64,000 bases of DNA from the human T2T-CHM13v2.0 reference genome, Homo sapiens: NCBI RefSeq assembly GCF_009914755.1, contig NC_060926.1; one strand, written 5' to 3'. The notes beneath the pieces were generated by a model that saw only the letters and a list, made by a program, of their open reading frames with translations, searched no databases and had not been told where the DNA came from. The stretch's first letter is position 1. Each line of letters begins with the position of its first letter. Positions 44,721 to 61,807 of this stretch are shown piece after piece. The position numbers and the translations under genes were made by a program.

Positions 44721-46299
44721 CGGCTGGTACCTGGCCAGGATGCCAGGGAGTTGCTATTCTAATAATAAACATGTTATCCTTCATGGTTGAAGATTACCAT
44801 TCCCTGCATGGTTTCTTCTTCCTCTGCCTTCCCTAGTCCAACAGAGCCCGCCCTGCTGGCTCAGGACAGAAATAGCCTAGCCCAGCCCACTCACCCACCA
44901 ACCAGTGGGGCTTAGAATCAGGTCATGCCCCACAGCCAGGTGCCTAAGCACCTGGTGTCTATGTTACTGTCCAAGGGTTATTGCTGGTAAATGAATTGGA
45001 GATCTGAGCCCTTTGTAGTGACTACTGGGTGTGCATATTGGCCCTGAGTTATATATAGCTCTTTCTACATTCTCCATGTTCTCCTGAGGCTTTGACCTTG
45101 ATGTTGGACATTTCAGCTCATTATTCTGCCTAGCACCTAAATCCTCTGCTGAGGTTAGAGCTCCACTCTGAATGATGATCCCATGATAGGAGACTCTACT
45201 GCTGTTGGTCTTCGTTCCTGAACTGGAGTGTCGGTCTATACCCAAACTTGGTTGCTGAGTCCTGCAGCCCACAGGTCAACCGTCCCTGTGGTATCTGCCC
45301 ACCCAGAGGCTTTCTGAGCTCCGACTCCCTTTCAAATTCCCTGGGCTATGCTCTGCCTGCCAGATTAGAAACCTCAGGCTCAACCTGGTATGAAATCAAA
45401 GCTGAGATTGACCTTGAGATGCTTGTCTACCTGTCACTGGCACTTCCAGGGCCAACTTCTGCACTGGATCACTTCCCCAGCCCCACCTCACCCTGGCCAC
45501 ATGCCTTCATCTGCCAGTGAGATCTAGCACAAAGATGTCCTGCAGAGGACAAGTGCTTCAAGTGATTTTTTTCCAGCATGGGGAAGGAGTACACTAACCT
45601 GTCTGTTGTAATAGTTTGCAGGTCTCTGTCGATATGGGAGGTGGTCATCTGGAAGGAGACAAAGGGTTGGCTCAATTGTTCTGCATAAATAATTGGTAGA
45701 TACTGGAGGTAATGGAGAAAATACAACAGAGAATCTTGGAGAAGATTGGAGCAGTTTGAATGATACAGGTGGCTGGAACATAGATGGGGAAAGCAGAATA
45801 AAAAATTCGCTATGTGGAATAGCCAGAGGACTTTCGCCGCTCAATTTTAATTTGTCCACTGTAGAACAATATGACCTCCTTATTGCTCCAAATCTTGATA
45901 CATTTGTATAGCTTTTGTGGTGGTGGCATGTGTTGGGGGGGAAGGTGAAAGAGCAGGGCCATATATAGAAGTGTGGCTTGCTCCACTCACCTCTGCTGAG
46001 ACCTACGTGTAGCTAGCAGCATTGTAACTTGGTTCTAGGTTGCACTTTGCTAGTTCTAGGTGGTGAACCTGGAGGAGTGAGCAGTGGCTGGAAATGGGGC
46101 TGGAAGAGGAAGCAAGGAGAGCTTAATGCAACTGGCAGCTGGCAGATGGGTGACTTGAGTAGATGCATGAAACATACACCTAGTTTGCTCTAGTATGTTT
46201 GCCAAACATACTAGAGGCTTCAAAGGCAACTCTTAGATGACAGTACTGGATAATTCTGGAATTTATTGTCAGCACACTCTAGCCATTTGAGAGAACTAG

Positions 46300-46662
<363 letters not shown>

Positions 46663-49600
46663 TAACTTGGAATCTGTGCTTCCTTGGTCAGAAGTTTGGG
46701 GGAAATAATCTTTTGTCTTGTCTATGAAGAAACAAATCAGAAGTAGAAACAAAGTGAGAGGGAGAAGGTTTAGATTTTGTAAAGGAACAGGTCAGTACTT
46801 TTCGCATACTAACAAAGTGTTTATTGCCCTAGAAAAATAATTTGCAATAAATCCATCAATAGTTTACAGGAATGTATGGGTTTTTAAAATGTGAAACCCT
46901 CAATCCTTTTTTGAAATTTGGTTTGAGGACAGTTCTAAATTTCTTCCTAACCCCTTTCTCTCCCATAACTTTCATCCCTTTATTTCTCCCAGCCAGGCCT
47001 TCCATGGTGTGGAAATGATATGGAAAGTCAGGTTGCCATTTTTTGTAAGGCTCCCCACAGTATCCTGGACAAATTTTCTTTCTCCTTTCCAAATAAGCGT
47101 CGATCATTGGACTGAAGTGGATGGTTGAGATGTTGCAGTGGGAATAAAAGGAGGTGGCGAGAACGTTCTTGCCTAAACCATTCCCCTTCCTTTGTTCCCA
47201 GCCCAAGGGCTGCTGGACAGTGTCTCTCAGAGTACACCTTGGTCCTTTTCCTGAGAAAGACAAACTTGGAAGTGACTAGCAGGTCTAATTATGCCTCTAT
47301 GGAATCCAAATGCTGGAAGGAGACAAAGAGAAGTCTGGAGGCCTCCGACTGGAGAGAGAGCCTGATGGATTAAATCCAAGCTTCGCACAGTCCCAAAAAG
47401 CTGTCAGGGTGCCTGGGCAGCGTGGAGCCGATCTGGACGATGCATTCCAGATGGCCCGCCTTCCTTCTTTAGGTTTGGGGCCAGTTGGAGCTCCCGGGCG
47501 GTCTCCCAAGGTAGCCCCCCAGAGAGCTCGGGGCAGCTGTCCAGATGGGAGGAACCAAAATAAGAATCACTGTGGCAGGCTTGGAATTGGAGGAAAGCCC
47601 CCACCCCCCAACTTTGTGTTGAACATCTGGATATCATTTTTCAGACTTTTAAAAACACTAACTCTACTCTGTGAAATACAGCCAATTCATTTCTTTAAAA
47701 AAAAAAAAAAAAAAGCACTTGGGGAACATTCTAGGCCAAGCAGTTGCCCCAAAGTGGATCCAAATAATTTTGGGCTATATGATATAGTGGAGCTCAGAGA
47801 AAAGCCTCCAAAACTAACAGGCATCTGATCATCACCCGACTCCCCACCTCCCAAATTCACCAGCTGACAATGATGCCACCCGCTACAGGGACTCTAGGGC
47901 AATGCCAGGGATTTGCAATATATTTTACTTTTTTGGTTTTGTTTAATTTTAGCTTACACAAAATGTACAAGTCAGATGTGGAAGATTGTCTCATATTCAA
48001 GGATTTCAGGCTAAGTTATGGAAAATCAGCATGAGACAGAGAGAAGGGACAGAGAGAGTATGTGAGAGAGAGAGGGGGGAGAAGGAACAGACCCACTGAG
48101 CCACTTGAAAACTCCACGGTCTGTAAACCTGCTCTGGCCATGACAGAATTCTTTATTGTGAAGACAGGTCTACTGGCCTGCAGGTCCCTTGCAACCACGT
48201 GGCTGAATGGTAACCTGAACTGAGTCAGCCAACTGCAGCCCCTTCTCCAAAGGCCCTGAGGGGAGGCGAGAGGCAGGAGCCTCTACCCCAAGAGTGCCCA
48301 TGGTCAAAAAGGAGAGAAACCCTTCCTGCTCTTAGGAAATCCCAACTTATGAGGCATAGGTAGGTCCTAGTGCTGGCAAGCTTTTGGCTTACCAGAAAAG
48401 AATAGTCACAGAGCACCATGTGCTAGAAAGTTCCAAGGGAAAGGAGTCTAAAAATATTGAGCAGACACAGTGAAGGAGTGAACAAAATAGGTCAGGTTTA
48501 TTTGGAAGGAAAAAGGTTGCTAAAAGAGAAAACCCTTTCCAATCCAATAGTCATAAACAAAGGAAGCCCAGGTACAGATCTTGCCCAGCCATTCCAATTT
48601 CAATTCTGTGGCTGTTAGAATTCTACTTCAGTGAAGCTATGCGGACACATATCTAGAAAGTATGTGTCAGGAAATGAAAATCTGACACATCCAGTCAATT
48701 CTCCAAGTGTACCTTGATTGAGGAATAGAAAATATTTGGCCTAGTCTACATTCATAGAAAATAACACCCAATACACAAATATCTACTGTAACTATGTATC
48801 ATTGTACGAAAACAAGCCATGAATAATCACATACATAAGTCTATAGACTGTAAACACGTGGTGATACATCCTTATGCAGCATATCCATGCACTCCCAACT
48901 GCCCGATCTCACTGTGTCCTCAGGAGTCACAAGAGCATCGTTACCCCTATCATTCAGAGACCTAATTCAACCCTGGTTCTCCGGATGGTTCAGCATGCAG
49001 ATCTACAGCCTTAAGGCTTAGACCTTTGCCTGTCTTGACAAGGGCTTTTCTGAGCTGCCAAACAATTCCCTGCTATATGCCAAGGTATTATTAATTAATG
49101 TTGATCCCGCTTATGGCAGCTCTGCTGTGAAATGCCAGCCCTGTTAATAGCTCAACGTTGGGCTCATGTCGACTTGGAGTTATAACTCAGGCCTAACCTT
49201 TATTTTATCTCCTTTTACGATAATAGAACACTGGAAGATTCTCAAATGCTATAAACAATACTCTTCTGAAACTCATCCACCTCGTGGTAGCAGAAGCACA
49301 CCATGAGCACCAGCCAATCTTCCTGAAATTATGTTGTAAGTGACAGGCATGCAAGGAAATGACAGGTAAATTTTACTTCCAGACATAAAGGAGAGTTTTT
49401 GGTATTCTGTTCCAGACCAGAAAACGTACGTGGTGGAGAATTTCCTTGGACTGGATGTTTCTTGCTCACTTGAATTTTAAGAGAAACTTTCCCAAGGGGT
49501 CCAGACAAGTGCTGTTTTGCTCTAAGTCTCTGTATGCAGCAACATTGGTTGTTTTCATCATACCTATACCTGGTAAGCGGCAGCATTGCTCTTCTGCATG

Positions 49601-52600
49601 ATATTAGTACTTTCCTACTGTGGTTGGACTTCTCCCCTTGCGACTCCTGCTTCTCCACGATGTGATGCAGGTTGAATGAAGGAGCATGGGGCTCTCCCAA
49701 TCAGAGACACCTAAGACTGGCCCCAAATCACCTTGCCCAGGGAACAGAAGAAGCAGATGCCTACGGTGTGGAGCAATGCCCCACATCTGCGCAATTCTAA
49801 ATTCCATGGCCACTCAGTCTTCATTTCCTTTCCTGAAACTGCCTGTGAGCTCTAGTAAGATGGAGACTCCAAACTTAGAAAGCAGATGCCTGGGGAGGTA
49901 CTCTGTGCAGAAACTGGAGTCCCTGAGGTTCTGCCTCCTAGGGTTTGGCCTGGATTTTCTAGGACAACTCACTGCACTGGGGAAAATGAGCTCATCCGGT
50001 CACTGATCAGACATATGTCAGTGACTGATCAGGAGTGTCAAGGACAATTCCCCAGAAAATGGCTGCTGCTCCCTGTGGCTTTGGTGGCAGTGCCACACAG
50101 ATGGGTCAATCTACCTGGTAGCCTTCTCAAATCCACAGAATGTAAACACCAAAAGAAGCCACAGGCCCTGGGACCTGCATAGGAAATGTCTCAGCAGGCA
50201 TCTGACCGGATTGGAGTCAGCAGAGGAGAATCTGTCAAAACAAATCCTGTTTTGGAAATGCAGGGCTATTCTGGTAGGGTCCATCCCAGGACCTAAGAGG
50301 GGAGGAAAATTGGCTAAAAAGAGCAAGACTCACCCAAGAAGCTGTGATGGAGGCACACCCGTGCTGCCCTGATGGCTGGCTGGCACTGTAGATGAGTTCC
50401 AGATAGGTTACTGGCAAAGAAAAGAGCACTTCTTCCTGCTTTGCATCGGCAACCTGTGCCTGGATTATGAGCTGCTGGAGCAAGGGTAGACTGGAAGGAC
50501 ACCAGGAGGTTTCTGCTGTCTGATAACATTCCTGGGGCTCAAGGAATTCTTCCATCCAGTCTCCTACTTCCAGGAGGCTTCCTCCCCTGGTTTCTCCCCA
50601 GGTACCATGATGGGCCTTTCCTTTGATATAGAGCAGCTATTTCCACACTGTCTCTGTCCATGCCTCCATCTGTGAGAGTTTGTTGTATTCTTGGTTGACC
50701 CAGGTGATCACAATCGCCTGTTACTGACAAATTAGATTACCATGCAATAAGTACTCTAAGCAGAAGGTACATATGTTTGTTGTTACCAAGAATGTCTAAC
50801 TTAACTTTAATCCATAACAACTCGTGTTAGGGGAAATGGCATACCAGTTTTCCTTTTCAGAGAGTTTTCTTTATCATTGTTCATTTTATCTTTGTACCTC
50901 TTTGGACCATGTAGAGATTAGTCAAATTACCTGCATTTGACAAACGAGAACAATACAGCCCCATAGTGACTTGTCTGAAGAAGCCCAGAGAATTGGTGAC
51001 AAAGCTGACATCTGGTCTCCTGATTTCCATTCTGGGATTCTTTCTACTGATCTTTCTTATTTCATTTATTCAATGTACCAACTCAAATGAAAACGTGCCT
51101 ACTACATGGCATGGAAGAAACAGGCTTCTTGTCTTATCTCGCACAGTCTGCCCACGCAAACCATCTGTCCAGCCAAACCAAAATAGCACTGTGCTTCCAG
51201 CCTCTGCACCCTGGCTCCTGCCTTGTCGCTGGCTTGAACCACCCTCCCCCAACTCTCTGCTTAATGAAACTTAATCATCCTTTAATCCGAAGCTCAACTG
51301 TCCTGTCTTCTATATTGCCTTCCTGATTATTACAGCAGGAAGTAATTTCTCTTGCTCGAAATGCAGTTAATTAAAAAAATGGGCGACTTTGGTGCCATCA
51401 TACTCTGCCTTGGATTATAGTGTTTTGTTGGTGAATTTTATCTCCCCAAGTAAGCTGTGGGCCTGAAGAAGGCAGCAACTGTATTTCACACATCTTAGTA
51501 TTCCTCACAGTCTTGCGTATGATGTAAGCTAAATATTTATTGAATGAGTCAATGAAAGTGATTTTCAGTGTTGAGAGCTGAATTCAGAACCCCACAATCT
51601 GATCTCCATGTTTCTTCTACCAAGTCATTCTGAAAGCAATGCAGTTTCTACTATGATTTGCCTCTTTGTAAGCCAATCACGGTTGAAAATAGGCTGTTTC
51701 ATATGGTGCAGTCTAACCCAATGCATATGGAACTGTTTGGACAGAATAAAATAGTTTAAATGGCTGAGCTTGAAAACTGAACTTCCTGTGCTGTTGCTGG
51801 CTAGCATTAAATGCGTATCCCCTCCCAAGAAGGCCTCCTTCTTTCATAAACTTGTATTAGTTCTCACCAGGAGTAGTGTGAGAATAAAGTATAGTGGTCG
51901 TTGGGGTGTATCCATGGACCAAATGAAGAGGAGAATGAGGGAGTGACCTGGTGTTGTGTCTTCCGTCAGTCATCCATTCACTATTTCCATAAGCATTGAC
52001 TAAGCGTGTTCTGTCACTGGCCTAGATGATGTGAATACAGAAATAACACAAATCTCTATAGAGTCCCAATCTACTGATCATCTGTGGCCACGGCAAAGAA
52101 TTTAAGTAAAATTCTCAAATTTACTGGATAATCGTTCTTACTCTTCTTTTTGCTTCAGCTGAAGAACTGAATTAAGGGTGGAACTCCAGGCACCATTCTG
52201 TAAATGAAACATATACTGAAAATGGAAACAGTATACTGAATCAATCTGTATACTGATATGTAATAAAACAGATAATATGCTTACTAGGAGCCTCTCAGGA
52301 AGCTGTTTGGGGTAGCAATGGAACGCTGAGACTTCCAAGGGCCTGCTCAAGTAACCACAGACCTTCCCTTCACCTACCTGCCTTCAAAGAGGGCTGGGGG
52401 TGTTGGTTACTGCTATTGTCACATTCTGCTGAGCAGAGGGTACAAGTTTGAGTCAGAGCTGAATTGTTGAAGCCAGTGGAGAAGAGGCCCATCCTATCCT
52501 CTTTCCTCTGTGCTTATCAGGCTGTCTTTAAATAAATCATAAGCATATATTTAAAGAATATGGGCTGAAGCAATACTAAATTGGCCTACACAGACAGCTG

Positions 52601-54079
52601 TCTGTCTTCGTCTAGCCTTGATTATCTGTATCCATTTACTTCAAAGGGAATGAAACATTCCCTGGGCAGTAGCAGAAGCCACAGAGAAACTCAGGCGTCT
52701 TAACCAAGTCTGGCATCCTATGCATTAATATCCCATTGCTAATAGTAATTCATCCCATTTGTTTATTTATTAATGACAGTTATATGCATTGCTCAGATAA
52801 CTTCCTCATCCAAATTAAATATTAGCATATTAGGTCAACAACATCAGTCTTCTGAAGGTGATATCTCTCTGAAGTACAAAAGGGATTCAACAAATCAAGC
52901 AAAGACCTGTAGCCTACTTCCTACCAGGCATTTTCCTAGGTACTGTGACACTTAGTTCATTCAGAAGACTACCGTGATAGACAAGCTAAGAAATGTCTTT
53001 GTGGAAGAACAAAAATAATCTTCAGTACATCATCTTTACAAAAGTGTAGACATATCCTAAACAGCTCTATCTCCCTTTAACAACTCATTGTGAGTACTTT
53101 ATCCATGCAGTTATCTGAATCCCTTCAGCATATATTCTGTTCATGTATCTAGCACTGCTTGGTATGATGAATGTATAACTCAAAGAGTACAGTAGAATTT
53201 CCTTCTATATGTTCTAAAATTACTTCTTTCAACATGCAAGTGCTTCTTCTCCCCTTCAGTTTCAGTGCTGCATAATCTGGTGAACCACTCCTGATTACAT
53301 AGTATATAAACTTCATATTTTCATGAAATGTAATCATGTTCCTATTCGGTCTTCCTTCCAAAATGCTTTATCCCCTGCAGTAAGCCATCAGTCCTTAAGT
53401 CATTTTTGAGGCCATCCTGAAAATTTTCTAGCTCTTCATGTTTTTACTGATGTGTGTGGTTGACAAAAGAGTAGGCAATAAACACACAAATGTAGACAGT
53501 GTGAATCCGTATATATTTAGGTTGATGTCTCCATGATTACTTAATAATACATAGGTCAGTATGTCATACAATCATTTATCATTAATTCATGTTTCTGATC
53601 CAGACACATTTTTGCTATATGAACTTCCTTACTGCAAAAACAAACAAACAAATAAAACAGCCCTAATGTAACAGACACCTGTTTAGCACATTCCTTTAAA
53701 ACTCCTTGCTGTTGTTGCATTCTCTTCCCTGATTTTGGTTTTCTGTGTACACTTAAGCACTCATCTATGTACTTAAAACAAACGAGCAAAACAGAGCAAA
53801 ACATAATATATCCCTCCTTTCCTCCTGGCAAGACACCAAACAACAAACCTTCTCCTTATTCCCTACATATCCCTTATTTTCTCTTTAACCTATTTCTACT
53901 CCCTCCCTAAACTCCATTTTCTCTTCTGGCCTGTAGGGGTTCTTTCTCTTCTTTTTTTTTTCACGTAGTGTATGTTAAAAACATAACAAAAAGAAAAGAC
54001 TGCTTATTCCCCAGCTAATGCATAGCTAATGCAATGAGGAGTGAATAGATCTGTTAAGCCACATAAATTTTAGCAATCA

Positions 54080-54511
<432 letters not shown>

Positions 54512-56749
54512 TTATGATGATGCCTTGGGTGCAGGAAATATATATTAAATACTCGATCGGTCTTTATTCTGATGACTACATGAAAAATATCCCACTATCT
54601 TGTAGGTTGTACTTTTTAATGCAGATTTCTGGCGGAAGTTTAGTTAGCTCTGTGAATGTTTTTGATGAATAGATGGGAATCGTGGTGGCCTGGTTAAGAA
54701 TGGGATGGAGTATTTGGGTTTTCCCTTTTTAGGAGGTAATAGTCCTTTGGTACCATCTAGATGGTCTATGGGCTAGTGTTCTGTAGAATTCATGCAAATA
54801 TGGGAGCAACGTACATTTAAATAAGTTAATGAGTTCTAGAAACTGATGCTTTTTAATGTTCCACTGGCGTGTCCTCAGAAAGGTTTCATTCGCTGTTGTA
54901 TGCATTCACTGGAGAAGCTTTAAAAAAGCACATGAAACTTGATAGTAATGGGACTTCAGGGGTCTTAAATCTTTTATTAAACTGGTCCACTCTAAGTACT
55001 TTTAGCGTAGTCTACAAAACCATCATTGGCCTAGAACTCCCCAAAGAAAGCCTCTATTGAGTTTTCTTCCTGAATTTTCCAGTGGCAGGTTCAATGCCAC
55101 AGGGCTGCACCGAGATGTAAGTGGGATCCTCACCTCTAAGTAATCAGGCCACTGAGTAAGTAGGTGGCATTATATTTCAGTGAATTTGAACTAAACAGGA
55201 AATTCACAGGAATAATGTTGACCCAAGCATAAGGAAGGAGATTGTTGAATCTAATATTCTAAAATATATAGTTTGTCAACAACTGAGAATCCACATATCA
55301 GTCTGGAAAGATAAGTCACATACAGACTATTTTCTTTTTGTAACCTAAATATCTGCACTAGTTGACTAGACAATACTGTCAGTTCCTAATTTTAGAGGGC
55401 TTGGACTCATTTTTACAGTATAGGCATAAACTAAATATGAGGTTCAAAACAGCTAGCTTTTTTGAGAACATAACTAAAAGTCCCTGTCAGAAGCTGCTTG
55501 TTGTTAATGAAAAGCCTGTTGGAATAGAAGAATATAATAAAAACCAACTGTCCTTCTCAGCTGACTTAATTTTTGAAGAAAGCTGAAGAAACACTGACAT
55601 GTGACCTGTGGTTTGAGAGATTCCCAAATAAACTCCTCGAATGTATTTAGATACAAACTTGACCCTAGGGAGATTTGCAATTTCTGTTTCATAGATATGA
55701 TGGCTCATGGAAGGATTCATACACATTTTCCTTTGACTGGGACTCTGGAAGTCAGTATGTTCCCCTGTCCTCCATCTGCATTAATCATCTCAGAGCAGCC
55801 CAAAAAGATTCTGTAAAGATTCCACAGAATTTACAATCCTACCAGCCCTTTTTTGCAAAGCCCTTTGATACTATTCGCAGACTTTGGGTTCAGAATGAGA
55901 AGGCATAGGACATATGGCTTCTTCCTGGAATGTTCATAGTTTTCCTTTTGCTGTTTAGGAATAGGAAGCCTTTATTAATTTAAAGCAAATGTCCACAAGA
56001 AGCATATCATCCTCTAAGAAGTTTGGTAATACCTATCAAATTTTTAAATCAGGAGAGGATTCTTGGAAGATGGCAGAGGAGGAAACATCAATGTAAATTT
56101 CCCTAGATCCCTTTACAAAAAGAGTAACTAAATAGCAAAGACCACAACTCTTGGAAATATATATGATAAAGCTAGGTGACAGAGTATCTCCATAAACTTC
56201 AGAACACTAGCAACAGGGGATGGCCACAAGACCTGCATGCTGTTAACACCTGTGCAGGAAGAAGCAGAGGGTAAGAATAGTGTATCTAAAAGATCTGGGA
56301 GCAGGTAAGCTATGAATATGATAGGTATTCATTGGAAGGCACAGTGGGCCGGTGTGATAACAGCGGCTGAATCTGGAGGAATTTCACCCTTTTCAATAGT
56401 GGATGAGTGCATGGAGTCCACAGTGAGAAGAACTGAAGGTGGTTGAAGCAATGTAACCCCTATGAACTCTCAAGACTGAAAAGTCAGAGCATCTTTCCAA
56501 GGCAGGGCCCCCACACTGAGGAGAAACTTTTGAGAGTAGAACCAAAATTGTGGTTCTACTACTTTTGGAGTCGAACCAAAAATTGGATTAGGATAATAGA
56601 GACAAAGGAAGATAAATTTCTGATTTAAAAAGGGGAGAAGAACACAGCCAGACATCTCAGAAAGCTGGCCACTGTGTTTTTGAACACCTCACAAAGGTTA
56701 CAAAACAGGGACCTCTGTGAAGTTAGCTTTTCTAACTCTGAGCCATGAC

Positions 56750-56883
56750 TTTTTTTTTTTAAGAGATGGGATCTCACTATGTTGCCCAGGCTGGTCTTGA
56801 ACTTCTGGATTCAAGTGATTTGATTTTCCTGCCTTGGACTCCCAGAGTGCTGGGATTACAGGTAAGCCACTGCACCCATCCTG
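56750..56883 (-). mobile_element. Alu monomer (FLAM)
   Basis: Antisense left monomer; flanking ccatgWctttt duplication. Confidence 0.8.
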
Positions 56884-57474
56884 ATCCATGTCTTTTAACT
56901 AAACATGCCCCCAGATAAAAATTTAGGAACACTAATTTTACATAGAAATGAACAACAGAAAAGGATCCAGGTTAAATCCCATACAAATTTTATTAGAAAA
57001 AAGAGAATAAGGAGCTCAATAGGGCAAGTCCTCAAATACTAAATAAGATCAAAACTGTAACCTACCGTTTCAAAATGAAATGAAAGACACTAGGAAAGTT
57101 ATATAACATACGAAAGAATAACACAAATCAAAATTAGAAAAGCTCAGAAATGAGGCAGAACTCAGGAAAGACTTACAAATAAAAGAAAAATTTAGTTCAA
57201 AAATACTAAATAAAAAGGAACAAAAGAGCAAATAAGTACAACAAATAATACTTTAAAATACATACCAGGCAAAAAGGAGGAAAATCTTTAAAATCCATAT
57301 GAAATGAAGAAAGAAGTAAAAAGATCCAAGAGAAAGTGAGAAATATCCATGGTAGGCAAAGAAGACACAACATACAATAATAGGAGTCTCTGAAGAAGAA
57401 ACTCAAAGCATGGGAACAGAATAAATATTTTTAAAAGGAATATTCAGGAAACTTTCCTGAAATTAAAAAGATAC

Positions 57475-57516
<42 letters not shown>
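57475..57516. repeat. (CTAT)~10 tetranucleotide STR
   Basis: Perfect repeat, read directly. Confidence 0.97.
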
Positions 57517-57517
<1 letters not shown>

Positions 57518-57951
57518 AAACTATGTGTAGAAAGAGCACACCATGTACCTGAGAATTGACTTAGAGTGATGAACCAAGACATATTCTAATAAAATTACTG
57601 AATATTTAAAAAAAGGAAAAAGTCTTTTGGTATATAGTTCTAAAAGACAGTGACTTGTAAGGGAAAGAAAATTAAGTTAGCATCATATGTTTCAACAAGA
57701 ACACTTATGTCTAAAAAAATGGAGTAACATATTTAAGATTCATAAGAAAATATGATCTGAGGATTTTATATGTGGAAAAACTGACTTTCAGTTACAAATA
57801 ATACAAACTGCTATCAATATGCAAGAATTCAGGAAATATTGTTCTTGTGAACCATTCCTGTGTATCTACTGGAAAACAAACTTCAGAATGACTAGAGACA
57901 CATCAATGTAAAGACTCCTGGTGAGCATTAAATATGTAGAATTAAGATTAA

Positions 57952-58088
57952 GGCCAGGAGCAGTGGCTCACGCCTGTAATCCCAGCACTTTGGAGCCTGA
58001 GGTGGCCAGATCCCTTGAGCCCAGGAGTTCGAGACCAGGCTAGGCAACAAGGTGAAACCCTGTTTCTTAGAAGAAAAAAAAAAAAAAG
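57952..58088 (+). mobile_element. Alu monomer (FLAM)
   Basis: Left monomer with A tail; aagattaa TSD. Confidence 0.8.
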
Positions 58089-58230
58089 ATTAAGTGAGGG
58101 ATAAAAGAGATCAAGTATTATGTGTAATGGCTACATACTCTGACAATGTAGATACAGTAAAATTACTCTTAGAAAATAGAGGCAAATGCGGAGAGCAAAT
58201 TAAAAAATGTATCTCTTAATAATTAAAAAA

Positions 58231-58371
58231 ATTTTATTATAATTTTATTACAATAGAGACAGGGTCTCATTATGTTGCCCAGGCTGGTCTCAAACTCCTG
58301 GGTTCAAGCAGTCCTCTCACCTTGGCTTCCTAAAGTTCTGGGATTACGGGCATGAGCCACCACACCTGGGC
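58231..58371 (-). mobile_element. Alu monomer (FLAM)
   Basis: Antisense left monomer. Confidence 0.8.
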
Positions 58372-58506
58372 ATAACTCTTAGTAATCATATTGGTTGAGG
58401 TACTGCAGCCTGTTGCATTTATAAAAACCAATGAGACTAAATTTGAATTGGAATATAAAAATGAATTCAAAAGCTATTTTATATTTAAAAACATATAGGT
58501 ATTTTT

Positions 58507-59945
<1,439 letters not shown>

Positions 59946-59950
59946 TTTTT

Positions 59951-60560
<610 letters not shown>

Positions 60561-61495
60561 TCAATCTCATGTTTTATTTAAAAACTTTGAGAGTAATTTA
60601 AGAACCACCTCAGACTCTGCTTTATGATTTTATGCACTTGTTAGGGATTTTCTGTACTCCTCTGCTTTTCTCCATTGTTCACATTCTTCTCCCTTGCTTT
60701 AGAGCTTTTCTTGATTCTTCCAGCATTTGGTTGGAGTATAAGGATCTACTTGAGTACAATCTCACATTGTTTCCATTTTCAACATTTTTTTTCTGACCAG
60801 AACTACATTTTTTAATATTATAGTCATTGCTCTGAAAGCTTGTGCATGACTTCCTTTTATTTCTCATTTAATTAAGAAAGAAGGAATATATTCTACTTTG
60901 AGAGGTAGGCCATGTGACTATTTTAGTAGTTTCTATTGGGAGAAGACTATTTGCATTATTTTTTTCGGTAGAAATTTTAGATTACTTAGTTCCTTGAACA
61001 ACATAAAAAAATCTAGATTTAGAAGGACTTAAATTAGAGGGAGGCTTCCTCCCACCCCCCAAGAATGGCAATTCCTTGGCTATATGGGAGAATTTCGAGG
61101 ATAAGAGGAAAGAGAAGATTTGGGGTACCACTTTACTTTGTTTTCCAAGTTCTGAGAAAGCCTATTTGGCAAGAAATACAAATTGATCCAAAGATTATTT
61201 TGACTGAATCAACAACATAGGCGCTCTAAATTACAAAAAAGAAAAAAAGAATAACAAAACAAAAAACACATTACTTTTCCTCCTGAAAATATTTAAATAG
61301 AGAAGCAAGGAACAATAGGAAAATGTTCTTAGAAGAACATGGCAATTTGTGTCTTCTACCCAGAAAAAGATACAAGAGATAATGTCAAATAAGTGCTTTC
61401 AGAGTTTAAGCTGGCAGCCCGGGACCTGGGTTTTCACTTCTGCTAAGTATTTTCTCCCTTTCCAACTGCAACACAGTCTTGAAACTACAGAAATA

Positions 61496-61807
61496 TTTTT
61501 CTTTTTCTGTTTTTTTTTTTTTTTTTTTTTTTTTTGAGACAGAGTCTTATTCTGTCACCTAGGCTGGAGTGCAATGGTGCAATCTTGGCTCACTGCAACC
61601 TCTGCCTCCCGGGTTCAAGCCATTCTCTTGCCTCAGCCTGGGATTATAGGCACACGCCACCACACCCGGCTAATTTTTGTATTTTTAGTAGAGACAGGGT
61701 TTTGCCATGTTTGTCAGGCTGGTCTCAAAACTCCCGACCTCAGGCGATCTACCCGCCTTGGCCTCTGAAAGTACTGGGATTACAGGTGTAAGCCACCACA
61801 CCCAGCC
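61496..61807 (-). mobile_element. Alu (AluS)
   Basis: Antisense dimeric Alu with T-run. Confidence 0.9.

Larger units (their letters stand above)
56050..57950 (+). mobile_element. Old L1M 5' UTR plus ORF1 relic
   Basis: Start gaggattcttggAAGATGGC; ORF1-like peptides IGVSEEE, RAHHVP, PRHILIK, WSNIFK, QEFRKYCS in decayed frames. Confidence 0.7.

Noticed and set aside
45693-45911. 72-aa ORF with protein-like composition
   Set aside because: TTG start, no recognisable family, no retrocopy hallmarks
47310-47828. 172-aa ORF over a mildly CpG-rich patch
   Set aside because: Runs through an A-tract (poly-K), no homology recognised, and the patch is too short and weak to call a CpG island
48901-48910. 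GCCCGATCTC resembling 5S rRNA
   Set aside because: Only a 10-nt match; flanks do not follow 5S
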